Shown piece by piece: positions 10,335 to 20,486 of a DNA stretch of 55,421 bases (the first letter of the stretch is position 1; every line of letters starts with the position of its first letter). A program made the position numbers and the translations under genes. The DNA comes from an uncultured Sulfitobacter sp. (GTDB taxonomy: Bacteria > Pseudomonadota > Alphaproteobacteria > Rhodobacterales > Rhodobacteraceae). The stretch is from the NCBI GenBank assembly GCA_963934545.1, contig CAWVZA010000001.1, forward strand, positions 1-55,421, read 5' to 3'. Under the pieces are notes generated by a model. It had not been told where the DNA came from and did no database searches. It saw nothing but the letters and a program-made list of their open reading frames with translations.

Positions 10335-11828
10335 ATGGCACGGGTTGAAGAGTTTCTAAGAGATCGTGTGAAGGCCGCACCTGACAGCGCTGCATTGAGC
10401 GATTCAAGCGGTGTGCATTGGACTTACGCAGAGTTTGATCGTGCCAGTGACGATCTGGCTGACGTTTTGCGTACTGCAGGTGTGCAGCCGACGGATCGCG
10501 TGCTTTTGCTCGTCGAGAATTGTGCTGCGGCCGTGGCTGCACTTCATGCGACTTGGAAAATTGGTGCGGTGATCATTCCGTTCAATGCGCGCCAGACCGA
10601 GGGCGAGATCGAAAAAGTGCTCAATCATGCGACCCCGGCAGCGGTATTGATGACCTCTCACGTGTCCCCTGACGCCGCCGCACATGGCGCACGGATGAAT
10701 GCAAAAGAAGTCACTGGTGCGTTCGGCACTATGATGCTGGCTGAGCGACCGAGTGATGTAGACGCCGGTCTAAAAGACGTGGCCGTGCTGCTCTATACGA
10801 CGGGTACTACGGGTGATCCGAAGGGCGTTATGCTGACCCATGAAAGTGTCCGTTTTGGCGGCATGGCCTCCAGTGGCCTGCGCCGCATGGTCCCAGAGGA
10901 TGTCGTCTATGGTGTGCTGCCGATGAGCCATGTTTTCGGTCTGATATCGGTTCTCACAGGTGCCTGTTTCACGGGTGCGCTTGTGATGATCGAAGCACGG
11001 TTTTCCGCGGCCAAGCTCTACGAGGCATCGATGAATGGCGTGACTATTATTCCTGCGGTGCCACAGATGCACGCAATGGTCATGCAGTATACCAAAGAGC
11101 AGGGGATGGAGCTGCTGAACTCGCCCACATTGCGATATGTCTCGTCGGGTGGTGCGCCGCTGGACCCTGCATGGAAGCGCAAGGCCGAGGCGTTCTATGA
11201 GCTGCCCTTGCAGAATGGTTTTGGCATGACTGAGACATCCTCGGGTGCGTCTGCCACGAACAACCCTATCGGCTCCCCTGATATTTCTGTGGGGCCTGTT
11301 ACGCCGGGTACTGAGGCAATGATTGATGCTAAAGCTCCGGGTGGCAACGATGTGGATGAGGGCGAAGTGCTGGTGCGCGGCCCGCACATCATGAAGGGAT
11401 ACTACCGCAACGAGACGGCAACTTCGGCTGTGTTTGCCGGCGATGGCTGGATGCGCACGGGCGATCTGGGCAAGATTGACAGCGACAACAAGCTGCACAT
11501 TCTGGGTCGCTCAAAAGAGCTGATCATTCATGGTGGCTTTAACGTCTATCCGCCCGAAGTCGAAGCAGCACTCAATGATCATCCGCAGGTGATCCAATCG
11601 GCGGTGGTTGGGCGCACGAAAGATGGCGACGAAGAAGTGCTAGCTTTTGTTCAGGTGTCAGACACGGACCGACCGCAGATTGACGAATTGCGTGCCTTCG
11701 TAAAAGAGCGCTTGGCTGGATATAAGCGGCCCAAGCATATCATCCTTGCAACGGCGCTCCCCGCAGCGCCCACAGGCAAGCTCCTCAAACATAAAATGAT
11801 TGAAGTCTTGGGCGGAGAGCTTCTCTAA
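10335..11828 (+). CDS. Acyl-CoA synthetase (class I adenylate-forming, PimA-like)
   Basis: YTTGTTGDPKG, GFGMTE, TGDLG, GRSKELI and TGK motifs. Confidence 0.92.
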   Translation: MARVEEFLRDRVKAAPDSAALSDSSGVHWTYAEFDRASDDLADVLRTAGVQPTDRVLLLVENCAAAVAALHATWKIGAVIIPFNARQTEGEIEKVLNHATPAAVLMTSHVSPDAAAHGARMNAKEVTGAFGTMMLAERPSDVDAGLKDVAVLLYTTGTTGDPKGVMLTHESVRFGGMASSGLRRMVPEDVVYGVLPMSHVFGLISVLTGACFTGALVMIEARFSAAKLYEASMNGVTIIPAVPQMHAMVMQYTKEQGMELLNSPTLRYVSSGGAPLDPAWKRKAEAFYELPLQNGFGMTETSSGASATNNPIGSPDISVGPVTPGTEAMIDAKAPGGNDVDEGEVLVRGPHIMKGYYRNETATSAVFAGDGWMRTGDLGKIDSDNKLHILGRSKELIIHGGFNVYPPEVEAALNDHPQVIQSAVVGRTKDGDEEVLAFVQVSDTDRPQIDELRAFVKERLAGYKRPKHIILATALPAAPTGKLLKHKMIEVLGGELL

Positions 11829-11837
11829 CGCGCAGAC

Positions 11838-12527
11838 CTAGACGTATACGCCTGCGGCAGCTTCGCGAATGGCGCGGATGTTTGTGCTGTAGGGCGAGGG
11901 ATCAGTGACTGAACCGCCTTTGAATACGGCAGACCCTGCGACCAGCACATCGGCTCCTGCACCTGCAACGATAGGAGCGGTTTTCGGATCAACACCACCG
12001 TCGATCTCGATGTGGATCGGGCGGTCGCCAATCATGTCGCGCAGAGTTTTGATTTTGGCGCTCATATCGATGAATTTCTGACCACCAAAGCCGGGGTTCA
12101 CGGTCATTACACAAACGAGGTCCGTCAGATCGAGCAGTTCTGCCACGGTTGATGCTGGTGTGCCGGGGTTGAGCGCAACGCCCGCTTTTGCGCCTGTTGC
12201 GCGGATTGCTTGCAGTGTGCGGTGGATATGTGGTGTAGCTTCGACATGGGCCGTGATGAAATCAGCGCCTGCATTTGCAAAGTCTTCGATATAGGCATCC
12301 ACGGGCGAGATCATCAGATGCACGTCCATGATTCCCTTAATGTGTGGGCGGATGGCAGCACAGGTTGCAGCACCAAAAGTGATGTTGGGCACGAAATGCC
12401 CGTCCATGACATCCACGTGAATCCAGTCAGCGCCTTGCGCCTCAACAGCGGCACACTCAGCCCCGAAATTTGCGAAATCAGCGGCAAGGATGGAAGGAGC
12501 GATTTTGACAGAACGGTCAAAGGACAT
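11838..12527 (-). CDS. rpe: Ribulose-phosphate 3-epimerase
   Basis: [34 protein letters not shown] and IDGGV. Confidence 0.97.
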   Translation of the reverse strand: MSFDRSVKIAPSILAADFANFGAECAAVEAQGADWIHVDVMDGHFVPNITFGAATCAAIRPHIKGIMDVHLMISPVDAYIEDFANAGADFITAHVEATPHIHRTLQAIRATGAKAGVALNPGTPASTVAELLDLTDLVCVMTVNPGFGGQKFIDMSAKIKTLRDMIGDRPIHIEIDGGVDPKTAPIVAGAGADVLVAGSAVFKGGSVTDPSPYSTNIRAIREAAAGVYV

Positions 12528-12668
12528 GGGCGATAGCCTTTCATGGACAGGTTTTATCAGGTCATAGCGACTGTGGCCTCTCAGGGCAATCGCGTGATCG
12601 GCTTGCTTGCTTGACTAATCACAGGGGGCGGGGGCAAGCTGATGGGAGATAAACATGGGGGACGAACG

Positions 12669-13691
12669 ATGACTATTTTAACACGGCGCCAGACACTGGC
12701 GGGTATGACGGCATCTGCTGCGGCATTGGGATTGGCAGCGCCAGCAATTGCGCAAGGGCGCAAAATTACGCTGGGCGCACTGCGGTTCACCAGCCATTCG
12801 GGCACGTTCGTGGCACTGGAGCGTGAGTATTTCAAACAGGCGGGTCTCGACGTGGAAGTGAAGTTCTTCCAAGCGGCCCAGCCTATGGCGGTAGCAATCG
12901 CCAGCGGTGATGTGGATTATGCTGTGACGGCGATCTCTGGCGGTCTGGTGTCGCTTGCCGATAAGGGTGCGATCAAAGTGATCGGTGGTGCATTGCAGGA
13001 AGAAGCAGGCATCGACGGGCAAAAGTTCCTCGTCTCTGATGCGGCATTCAAGGCGGGCATTACGGAGCCATCCATGCTGGACGGGAAGTCATACGGCATG
13101 AGCACAGCTGGATCGTCCTTCCACTACATGGGCTCAAAAATGGCCGCTGCCGAAGGGATCGAGCTCAAGTTCAAGCCGCTACAAAAAGTGGGTGCGATCA
13201 TTGGTGCGCTTAAGTCTGGCCAAATCGATGCGTGGTCTATCGTGCCGCATATCGCCAAGCCGCTTGCGGGTTCAGGTGCTGTGCATATTATTGGCGATGT
13301 GGCGACTTACCTGCCTGACTATCAGGTCACGACTGTCTTCACCTCGGCCAAGAATGCGGGTGAGGAAAAGCAGATGACCACTGATTATCTAGCGGCTTAT
13401 GCCAAGGGTGTGGCGGATTATAACGCGGCGATGATTGCCAAAAATGGCGGTGAGGACGGCGTGAACGCGATGGTCGATCTGATCCACAAATACGTCTACA
13501 CAGACCGCCCACGCGAGAAGGCAGCGCCTTCAATCATCAATGGCACGATGCGCCTCAACGAGGGTGCGAAAATGAATGTGGCCTCTGTGCGTGATCAGCT
13601 TGAGTGGTTCCAGTCAGAAGATTTGGTGGGCAAGGATATCACCCTCGATACACTGATCGACACTTCTTACGTCGAGACGATGGGGGCTTAA
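12669..13691 (+). CDS. ABC substrate-binding protein, NMT1/SsuA/TauA-like, Tat-exported
   Basis: TRRQTL twin-arginine signal ending APAIAQ; fold and context match nitrate/sulfonate-type ABC systems. Confidence 0.85.
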   Translation: MTILTRRQTLAGMTASAAALGLAAPAIAQGRKITLGALRFTSHSGTFVALEREYFKQAGLDVEVKFFQAAQPMAVAIASGDVDYAVTAISGGLVSLADKGAIKVIGGALQEEAGIDGQKFLVSDAAFKAGITEPSMLDGKSYGMSTAGSSFHYMGSKMAAAEGIELKFKPLQKVGAIIGALKSGQIDAWSIVPHIAKPLAGSGAVHIIGDVATYLPDYQVTTVFTSAKNAGEEKQMTTDYLAAYAKGVADYNAAMIAKNGGEDGVNAMVDLIHKYVYTDRPREKAAPSIINGTMRLNEGAKMNVASVRDQLEWFQSEDLVGKDITLDTLIDTSYVETMGA

Positions 13692-13709
13692 GCCTCACCA
13701 TGTGACAGG

Positions 13710-13735
13710 GGGATAGGGCGCGCGCGCCCTATCCC
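13710..13735. terminator. Perfect 26-bp palindrome after the binding-protein gene
   Basis: GGGATAGGGCGCGCGCGCCCTATCCC equals its own reverse complement. Confidence 0.55.
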
Positions 13736-13754
13736 GCTCATGGAAGGGGTGGGG

Positions 13755-13997
13755 ATGTTTTTTATCAGATGCGGCGCCTTAATGGCGTGGACGCTTGTCG
13801 TGCTGGGGCTTCTGAGAGCAGGCTTGGGCTTCTATCTGGCGTTTTCGATCACGCCTGCGGACATTGCTATTTCTGCGGGGCGCTCCCTTGGCGCTGTCAC
13901 GTTGACAGAGGCTATCATCGGCGGATTGGCCCTTTTTGCTGGTGGGATTGTGCTGGGATTACTTGTGCAGATCGCTAAGGGTGTAAAATTTGACTAA
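13755..13997 (+). CDS. Small two-TM hypothetical membrane protein
   Basis: Two hydrophobic stretches and a purine-rich RBS; fills the gap between the SBP and ATPase genes. Confidence 0.6.
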   Translation: MFFIRCGALMAWTLVVLGLLRAGLGFYLAFSITPADIAISAGRSLGAVTLTEAIIGGLALFAGGIVLGLLVQIAKGVKFD

Positions 13998-14006
13998 GGA
14001 TACTCC

Positions 14007-14768
14007 GTGGATTTGAAGCTTGATGCGGTGACACACCGCTATGGTGAGACTGAAGTTTTGCGCGATGTCTCGCTTGATATCCCTTCTGGCCGGATCACCT
14101 GCATTGTTGGACCGTCAGGCTGCGGAAAATCCACGCTGCTGCGCCTGCTGGGCGGGTTGGAGCAACCTAGTGAGGGTGCTGTTCGCCAAGCAGGAGAGCC
14201 GCCCGAGGGCTGCCTGAATGCGCTCACTTATATTTTTCAGGATTTCGCATTGCTGCCGTGGCGCACGGTTGTGGGCAATGTGGCGTTGGTGCTTGAGGAT
14301 CATAAACTGCCTGATCAAAGCGGGATCATCGCTGATGTTCTGGCCCGCACGCGGCTCACTGATTTTGCAGACGCGCTGCCCAAGCAACTCTCGGGCGGTA
14401 TGAAGCAGCGCGTAGCGATTGCGCGGGCTTTGGCGGTGAACCCTGCTGTGATGCTGATGGATGAGCCGCTTAGTGCGCTTGATAGTCAAACGCGCGAGTT
14501 GCTCATGGATGATCTGGTGGGGCTATGGACGCGGACGCCTTTTACCGCCGTTTATGTTACCCATAATTTGGCCGAAGCGGTACGCCTTGGGCACCGCATC
14601 ATTGTTTTTTCGCGCAGACCCGGTGAAGTCCGCGAGATTGTCGAGATTGATACTCCGCTGGAGGACCGCGCCCATGGCGATCCCGTATTGGACGCGCAGC
14701 AAAAGCACCTTTGGGGCCTGATGCGTGATGAAGCGGCTGCGGCTGATGCGGAGTTGCTCCATGTCTGA
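14007..14768 (+). CDS. ABC transporter ATP-binding protein (SsuB/TauB-like)
   Basis: GPSGCGKST, LSGGMKQR, LMDEP and VTH. Confidence 0.93.
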   Translation: MDLKLDAVTHRYGETEVLRDVSLDIPSGRITCIVGPSGCGKSTLLRLLGGLEQPSEGAVRQAGEPPEGCLNALTYIFQDFALLPWRTVVGNVALVLEDHKLPDQSGIIADVLARTRLTDFADALPKQLSGGMKQRVAIARALAVNPAVMLMDEPLSALDSQTRELLMDDLVGLWTRTPFTAVYVTHNLAEAVRLGHRIIVFSRRPGEVREIVEIDTPLEDRAHGDPVLDAQQKHLWGLMRDEAAAADAELLHV

Positions 14769-15546
14769 TCGGGTGCCGTTTCGTGGAGGAGGCTTTGCGC
14801 CCATGCAGGTGCGTGGGCTTGGCCTTGCCGTCTTTGTGCTGCTGATCGCATCTGCGGAATGGGGGACACGCAGTGGGTTTATCTCTGCGCTCACCCTGCC
14901 GCGCCCTTCGGATGTGTTTGGTACATTTGTAGAGCTTTGGGAAAGTGGTCTGCTCTTCAAGCACTTGCTGCCGTCGCTTAGCCGCTTGGCTGTGGGGGCG
15001 AGCATTGGGGCGCTTGTGGGCATTTCAGTGGGCGTGATGATCGGGCTGTTCGCTTATTTGCGCGCAGGACTGGTGCCGCTGGTGGCGGCGATTTTTCCAA
15101 TTCCTAAAATCGCATTGTTGCCGCTTTTTGTGATTTGGTTCGGGATTGATGAGGCGTCAAAATACGCACTCATTGCGTTTGGGACGTTCACGCCAACAGT
15201 GGTCGCGACCTATGCGGCCGTAGACAATGTGGACCGCACGCTGATCCGAATGGGGCAAAGTTTCGGCCTGTCGTGGTGGTCGATCGTGCGCAAGATCGTA
15301 CTGCCCGGTGCCATGCCGGGGATTTTGTCGGGGCTGCGCATCTCGCTCACGATTGCGATTATCCTGCTTGTTGCTGCTGAAATGTTGGGCGCTGAATACG
15401 GCGTTGGTGCATACATTCTGGAGGCAGGAAGCTTGTATGATCTGGAGCGATTGTTCGCGGGTGTCGTGATCCTTTCGATCATGGGGGTGTTGCTGTCATG
15501 GGCGATTGGCCTACTGGAACGGCGGGTTCTGCGCTGGCGGGTTTAG
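14761..15546 (+). CDS. ABC transporter permease (SsuC/TauC-like)
   Basis: PIPKIALLPLF, VLPGAMPGI and AEM..A..G.G motifs. Confidence 0.92.
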   Translation: MSDRVPFRGGGFAPMQVRGLGLAVFVLLIASAEWGTRSGFISALTLPRPSDVFGTFVELWESGLLFKHLLPSLSRLAVGASIGALVGISVGVMIGLFAYLRAGLVPLVAAIFPIPKIALLPLFVIWFGIDEASKYALIAFGTFTPTVVATYAAVDNVDRTLIRMGQSFGLSWWSIVRKIVLPGAMPGILSGLRISLTIAIILLVAAEMLGAEYGVGAYILEAGSLYDLERLFAGVVILSIMGVLLSWAIGLLERRVLRWRV

Positions 15547-15562
15547 GACCGCTTCGGTCATA

Positions 15563-15583
15563 TAGGACATAAGTATTGACCTA
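15563..15583. promoter_or_regulatory. Imperfect palindrome upstream of the aminotransferase, candidate operator
   Basis: TAGGACA-N7-TGACCTA; the regulator is unknown. Confidence 0.35.
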
Positions 15584-15637
15584 AGTTGAGACTCCATATT
15601 TTGTGTCCCTGAAACTGAAGTTCGGGGAGGAACGATC

Positions 15638-16843
15638 ATGGATTGGCACCAGATATTTGCAACGCGCAACGACCGCATGAAGGCCAGCGAGATCCGCGAA
15701 CTGCTCAAGCTGTTGGACCAGCCCGACATCATCTCGTTCGCAGGTGGCATCCCCGATCCCGACCTCTTTCCTGCCGAGGCGTTTCAGGAAGCATTCGCGG
15801 CGGCCCTTACGCCCGAGATGCAAGTGACAGCTTTGCAATACTCCGTATCCGAGGGCTATGTGCCCTTGCGAGACTGGATCGTAAAGGAAATGGCCTGCCT
15901 TGGCATTCCTTGTACGCGTGACAATATCCTGATCACTTCAGGCTCCCAGCAAGCGCTTGATTATCTGGGTAAACTCCTGCTTAGCCCTGGCGACACTGTA
16001 CTGGTCGGTTGGCCCACCTATTTGGGCGCACTCGGCGCGTTCAACGCCTATGAGCCGCGCTATGACCGCCTTGATCCCGAGACGAACCGCTCTGCGGCCG
16101 ATTATGCCGAGGCTGCGGGGGAAGGACGTGTGAAATTTGCGTATATGTCTGTTGATTTTGCCAATCCGACGGGCAAGACGTTGGATGCGGCCATGCGTGA
16201 GCGGGTGATTGATCTGGCAGATGAGATGGACATCGCAGTGATCGAAGATGCCGCTTATCAAAGCCTGCGCTATGAGGGCGAGGCGCTTTCTCCCGTGTTG
16301 GCACGTGAGATTGAGCGGAAGGGTGACATCAATAATTGCCGTACGCTCTACTGTGGCAGTTTTTCCAAGACCCTCGCGCCTGGTTTGCGTGTGGGATGGG
16401 TCTGCGGCGCGCAAGAGGTGATCAGCCAGCTTGTCTTGATGAAACAGGCGGCGGATTTGCACAGCTCTACAATCAACCAGATGGCGATTGCGACGGTCGC
16501 AAATGCACAGTTCGACAGCCATGTGGCCAAGATCAAGGCAGCTTATAGCACGCGCCGCGACCGGATGCTCGAAGCTCTTGATGCCCACATGCCAAAAGGC
16601 GTGACTTGGACCCGCCCCGAAGGTGGTATGTTCATCTGGCTTGAGCTGCCCAAACATATCAAAAGTGCTGACTTATTGGAGCAATCGCTCAAGTTTGAGC
16701 GAGTGGCCTTTGTACCCGGGCATGCGTTTTTTGCTGATGGGTCGGGCACCAATACATTGCGCCTGAGTTTTAGTCGCACGGATGAGGTCGCTATCGACGA
16801 GGGAGTTGCGCGTTTGGGTCGGCTGATTGCTGCCGCTGTTTGA
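15638..16843 (+). CDS. PLP-dependent class I/II aminotransferase (LysN/aromatic type)
   Basis: ASEIRELLK, SFAGGIP, NPTG, IEDAAY and GSFSKTLAPGLRVGW with the PLP lysine. Confidence 0.92.
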   Translation: MDWHQIFATRNDRMKASEIRELLKLLDQPDIISFAGGIPDPDLFPAEAFQEAFAAALTPEMQVTALQYSVSEGYVPLRDWIVKEMACLGIPCTRDNILITSGSQQALDYLGKLLLSPGDTVLVGWPTYLGALGAFNAYEPRYDRLDPETNRSAADYAEAAGEGRVKFAYMSVDFANPTGKTLDAAMRERVIDLADEMDIAVIEDAAYQSLRYEGEALSPVLAREIERKGDINNCRTLYCGSFSKTLAPGLRVGWVCGAQEVISQLVLMKQAADLHSSTINQMAIATVANAQFDSHVAKIKAAYSTRRDRMLEALDAHMPKGVTWTRPEGGMFIWLELPKHIKSADLLEQSLKFERVAFVPGHAFFADGSGTNTLRLSFSRTDEVAIDEGVARLGRLIAAAV

Positions 16844-16891
16844 CGCAAAGGGCGATTGAACAGCAGCATTGCTGCGCATAGATATGAAGCT

Positions 16892-17539
16892 ATGAAACAA
16901 ACAATTGCTCTCTGTCTGATGCTGGTTGGTGGACCACTTATTGCGCATCCGCATATCTTTGTGAACACGGGCCTGACCTTTCTGGTGGACGATCGAAACC
17001 GTCTGACCCATGTGCAAGTGACATGGGAATATGACGAGCTTTATTCGCTGCTGGTGACCGAGGATATGGGCGTGGACAGTGACTATGACGGCGTACTCAC
17101 GCCTGAAGATACCGCGCTGTTGACGGGTTTTGACATGCAATGGGTCGAGGGCTTTAACGGTGATCTGGTGGGTGCATTGAACGGGACAGCCCTTGACCTG
17201 TCACAACCGTCTGCCGCGACGGCGACACTGCGTGAGGGAAAGATCATTACCACGCATCTTCGAGCTGTTGAGGAAACGCCCTCTATTACAGGTCCGCTCA
17301 ATTTTCTACCCTATGACGGGACGTATTACACGGCGTATGAGGTTGATCTGCCCGTCTCTGTTCAGGGCGGTAAGGGGTGTGAGGTCCTCATCAGCGCACC
17401 TGATATCGCAGGAGCGCTTGCAGTGACAAAGGCAGAGCTTGGTGCGTTGCCATTGGATTTTGATATGGAAGCAACAGGATTAAGTGATATCGGCCGCCGC
17501 TTTGCCACGGACGTACAGATCACATGCGCCGCACTTTAG
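16892..17539 (+). CDS. DUF1007 family periplasmic protein (ZevA-like metal binding)
   Basis: Signal peptide followed by HPHIFV; YDGTYY motif; coupled to an RcnA-type transporter. Confidence 0.82.
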   Translation: MKQTIALCLMLVGGPLIAHPHIFVNTGLTFLVDDRNRLTHVQVTWEYDELYSLLVTEDMGVDSDYDGVLTPEDTALLTGFDMQWVEGFNGDLVGALNGTALDLSQPSAATATLREGKIITTHLRAVEETPSITGPLNFLPYDGTYYTAYEVDLPVSVQGGKGCEVLISAPDIAGALAVTKAELGALPLDFDMEATGLSDIGRRFATDVQITCAAL

Positions 17540-18423
17540 GCATCGCCATCTTGGTTGCCTGCGCCGTGCTGTCATGGCTGTGGTCGAGCGGTGCGTTTGA
17601 GCAAATAGCGATTTGGGCAGCGGGCGAGCAGCGGAATTTTCAAAACGGTATTGCATGGACCCTACGCGCCTTGCGCGGGGGGGATACAGGCGCCTTTGGT
17701 CTTCTGATGACCAGCTGTTTCGCCTACGGATTTTTCCATGCGATTGGCCCCGGTCACGGGAAGCTGCTGGTTGGTGGATACGGCCTTGCACGATCCGTTC
17801 CAATGTTTCGCCTGTCGATGATTGCCCTGCTGTCGAGCCTTGGGCAGGCAGTCACGGCGATTGTTTTGGCTTATGGAGGTCTTTGGCTGCTGGGCGTGAC
17901 GCGGGAGCGGATGGTTGGCGCTGCTGAAGATTTTCTTGCGCCATTGAGTTACGCGTTGATTGCGTTGATCGGTCTTTGGCTTGTATGGCGGGGTATTGCG
18001 CGTTTGCGGCGCGCACAGGTTACCCATGATCACAGCCATGAGGGGACGGGTCACAGTTGCGATACATGTGGGCATCGTCACGGCCCCTCGATTGAAGAAG
18101 CAGAAACGGCAACGAGCCTGCGTGATGCGTTTTTGTTGATCGGTGGCATTGCTGTGCGCCCCTGTACGGGCGCGCTGTTTGTGCTGATTATAACATGGCA
18201 AATGGGGATACCTATTGCAGGCATAGCGGGCGCGGTTGCGATGGCACTGGGTACAGCATCAGTGACCGTCGCTGTAGGAATTGCTGCCACAGGGTTTCGT
18301 AGTGGAGTGATGCGCAGTTTGGCCAATGCAAGTGCGCTCACATGGGTGATGCCAATGCTTGAAATAGCAGCGGGATTGGTTGTTGTTGGACTGTCAGGAG
18401 CGCTGTTGATCCGTCTGCTCTAA
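17524..18423 (+). CDS. RcnA/NicO-family (ZevB-like) Ni/Co/Zn transporter
   Basis: YGFFHAIGPGHGK, His-rich loop HDHSHEGTGHSCDTCGHRH, RPCTGA and MALGT. Confidence 0.88.
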   Translation: MRRTLGIAILVACAVLSWLWSSGAFEQIAIWAAGEQRNFQNGIAWTLRALRGGDTGAFGLLMTSCFAYGFFHAIGPGHGKLLVGGYGLARSVPMFRLSMIALLSSLGQAVTAIVLAYGGLWLLGVTRERMVGAAEDFLAPLSYALIALIGLWLVWRGIARLRRAQVTHDHSHEGTGHSCDTCGHRHGPSIEEAETATSLRDAFLLIGGIAVRPCTGALFVLIITWQMGIPIAGIAGAVAMALGTASVTVAVGIAATGFRSGVMRSLANASALTWVMPMLEIAAGLVVVGLSGALLIRLL

Positions 18424-18674
18424 GGGTGGCCTGACTTGAGATATTTGCGCTGCGAAGGCCGCGGCAGATATCAAGCACACCTAATCATATTACCCATGGC
18501 TGCTCGTATTCAGGCACCGTTCGGAAAGAAAAAGATAAAACTACCGAAGTCTCAGCACACGCCAGCCGTTGTTATGGCAGTGCGGGTACAAACTTCGAAA
18601 ACAGAAGAGCTAGGTGCTGTTGGCGCAGAAGATGTGGTGAGCAAACTGACTGACTTGTTAAAGCAAACTATGAT

Positions 18675-19019
18675 CTAAATCGCATCGCAAGCTTCAACAA
18701 ATCTATCAACGAACCAGACTATTTCTCCCGGACAGATCGCGAGGTCTGCGTAGTCGCCTTCGAGATGAGCGATGATTTGTGCTTCGCATTGCTGTGCAGT
18801 TATGCCCAGTTGAGGATAGTCAACAGTCCCTGCTGAGCCCGAAACTTCTTGCAAAATGCTGCGCGCGGCTTCAAGGTTTTGGTTTACATTCTCCACGGTC
18901 TCGCCATCCCAAGCAGCGAGCGCATACTGTGCAACATGCATTTTGCGTTCATTTAGTAGGTCGAGAAAACGATGAGGGATACGTTCAAGCTCAGGCATCG
19001 CATAGGCGATTGCGTTCAT
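18675..19019 (-). CDS. Hpt-domain-like protein lacking the phosphoacceptor His (possibly degenerate)
   Basis: Helical 114 aa protein; LQEVSGSAGTVDY stands where LHxxxGSAGxxG is expected; ATGA-coupled to the upstream receiver remnant. Confidence 0.65.
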   Translation of the reverse strand: MNAIAYAMPELERIPHRFLDLLNERKMHVAQYALAAWDGETVENVNQNLEAARSILQEVSGSAGTVDYPQLGITAQQCEAQIIAHLEGDYADLAICPGEIVWFVDRFVEACDAI

Positions 19020-19342
19020 GCTAATCTCCCCGCGCAGAAAAAACCTGTATTTAGGCGTTCAAATTCGGCTGCGGCTTTCGCTGTGGATAGTTGTGCCACG
19101 CTCGATATGTCAGGGTGCAATTCACGTTGGATGTTGCAAGGACGTCTACCATTTCCCGCATATGGCACAAGGAATTGGGGATTGGACGAGGTGTAAGAGG
19201 GCTGGGTAGTCTCATCATGCAGGCGTGCAAGCGCATTTGAACTCCTGTGCGCGCTCACGATTTCATGGGGGGCAATACCAGCCGAATGTTGCGACAGGAG
19301 TTCCAAAAGAATGGGATCATCGTCAGTCGCAAGGATTCGCAC
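19016..19342 (-). pseudogene. Internally deleted response regulator remnant
   Basis: Starts MRILATDDDPILLELL (receiver beta1-alpha1) but has no phosphoacceptor D..MP or KP motif. Confidence 0.65.
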
Positions 19343-19456
19343 GCCACATACTCCACAAACAAGGCAACTCAGTAAAACTACAGCTTACAACTTGCTCCAT
19401 AAACGTGGCGGAAATAGGATAATTTGATAGCGCGAAAAGGGTTGTTTTGTTTTCTG

Positions 19457-20140
19457 TCAGCTTTGTATTGGGCCTGCTTTAATCAATAACGGTTGTGGCG
19501 TTTGGGGGGGGGGGCGGACGATATGACTGCGACATAGCAACACGAGCGCCTCGACGGTTCCATGTTCAAGCGCGTCGATCATCTTTTTATGCTCGCTTTT
19601 TGCAACGGTCAGATAGCCTTTTTCGCCAAAGCTATAGGTGCGGATCGGGTAGGTGCGCTGGGCCTGAAGTTCGATCGCTTCGATCAGTGGAGAGCTGCCA
19701 CAACAGTTAAAGATTGTGCTGTGAAATCGGTTGTTGACGTGAAAAACCTTTTCCAGATCACCTAGTGCCGCGGCCGCAATGTGGGCTGTATGAAGTGTAC
19801 GCAGCGCCGAGATGATTTTTGGGTCGATAGGGAACTTAATCCGGCGCAATGCGGCATTGTGAAGAATATCGCGCAGCTCGTATATCTGTTCAATTTCGGT
19901 TTCTGAGTATCCGCAAACATGCGCACCTTTGTTCGTCTCACGCAATACGAGCGCCCGTGCCGCAAGAATATCTATCGCGCGCCTGACGCGGTGGCGAGAG
20001 GCCGAGAAGCGGGCCATCAGTTCATCTTCGATCAGTCGTTGAAGCGGCGGAATGTGACCAAAGATGATGTCCATTTCCAGGCTGTTTGCGATGGCGTTTT
20101 GTTCATCAGCAGGGTTAGGGAATATGTTTTGAAGGGGCAA
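19457..20140 (-). CDS. GntR (FCD) family transcriptional regulator; C-terminus crosses a C11 run
   Basis: RLIEDELMARFSASRHRVRRA HTH and FCD motifs NNRFH and EH..M. Confidence 0.8.
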   Translation of the reverse strand: MPLQNIFPNPADEQNAIANSLEMDIIFGHIPPLQRLIEDELMARFSASRHRVRRAIDILAARALVLRETNKGAHVCGYSETEIEQIYELRDILHNAALRRIKFPIDPKIISALRTLHTAHIAAAALGDLEKVFHVNNRFHSTIFNCCGSSPLIEAIELQAQRTYPIRTYSFGEKGYLTVAKSEHKKMIDALEHGTVEALVLLCRSHIVRPPPQTPQPLLIKAGPIQS

Positions 20141-20486
20141 AAAAACGGGCTTCTCGGTTCAGGTGTTAGGGGAGTAATTAGATGAGCGTCATTTTCAGGA
20201 ATGCAAATGGAGATCGGTAAAAACGAGGGATGTCTTGTGACCAACGCCGCATTTTTCTTGAAAATAGCTTGATACATGCAGAGTGGTTGGCGTTTTTCCA
20301 GCATGCTTTGTCAGTGAACTGCGTTCCAGTTCGACGAGAAATATGGTTCGCCACCAATGCTTGGTTAATACTCTTCTTTTCCGCCGTTCACTTTGCGAAT
20401 GCCGGCATTATCGAGATAGCAAAAGCTTTCAGTGCGCGCCTGACGCCGTCATATCGAGTGACGCTTGGAAAAAAGTAAGTAGGTCT

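Noticed and set aside
18436-18678. 80-aa ORF with faint resemblance to an ETF beta-subunit C-terminus
   Set aside because: Similarity is too weak to call by eye, there is no clear RBS and it starts with TTG; it needs a profile search.
20141-20486. Spacer with short ORFs on both strands, possibly a decayed gene
   Set aside because: No frame gives a recognisable protein and no RNA structure could be supported.
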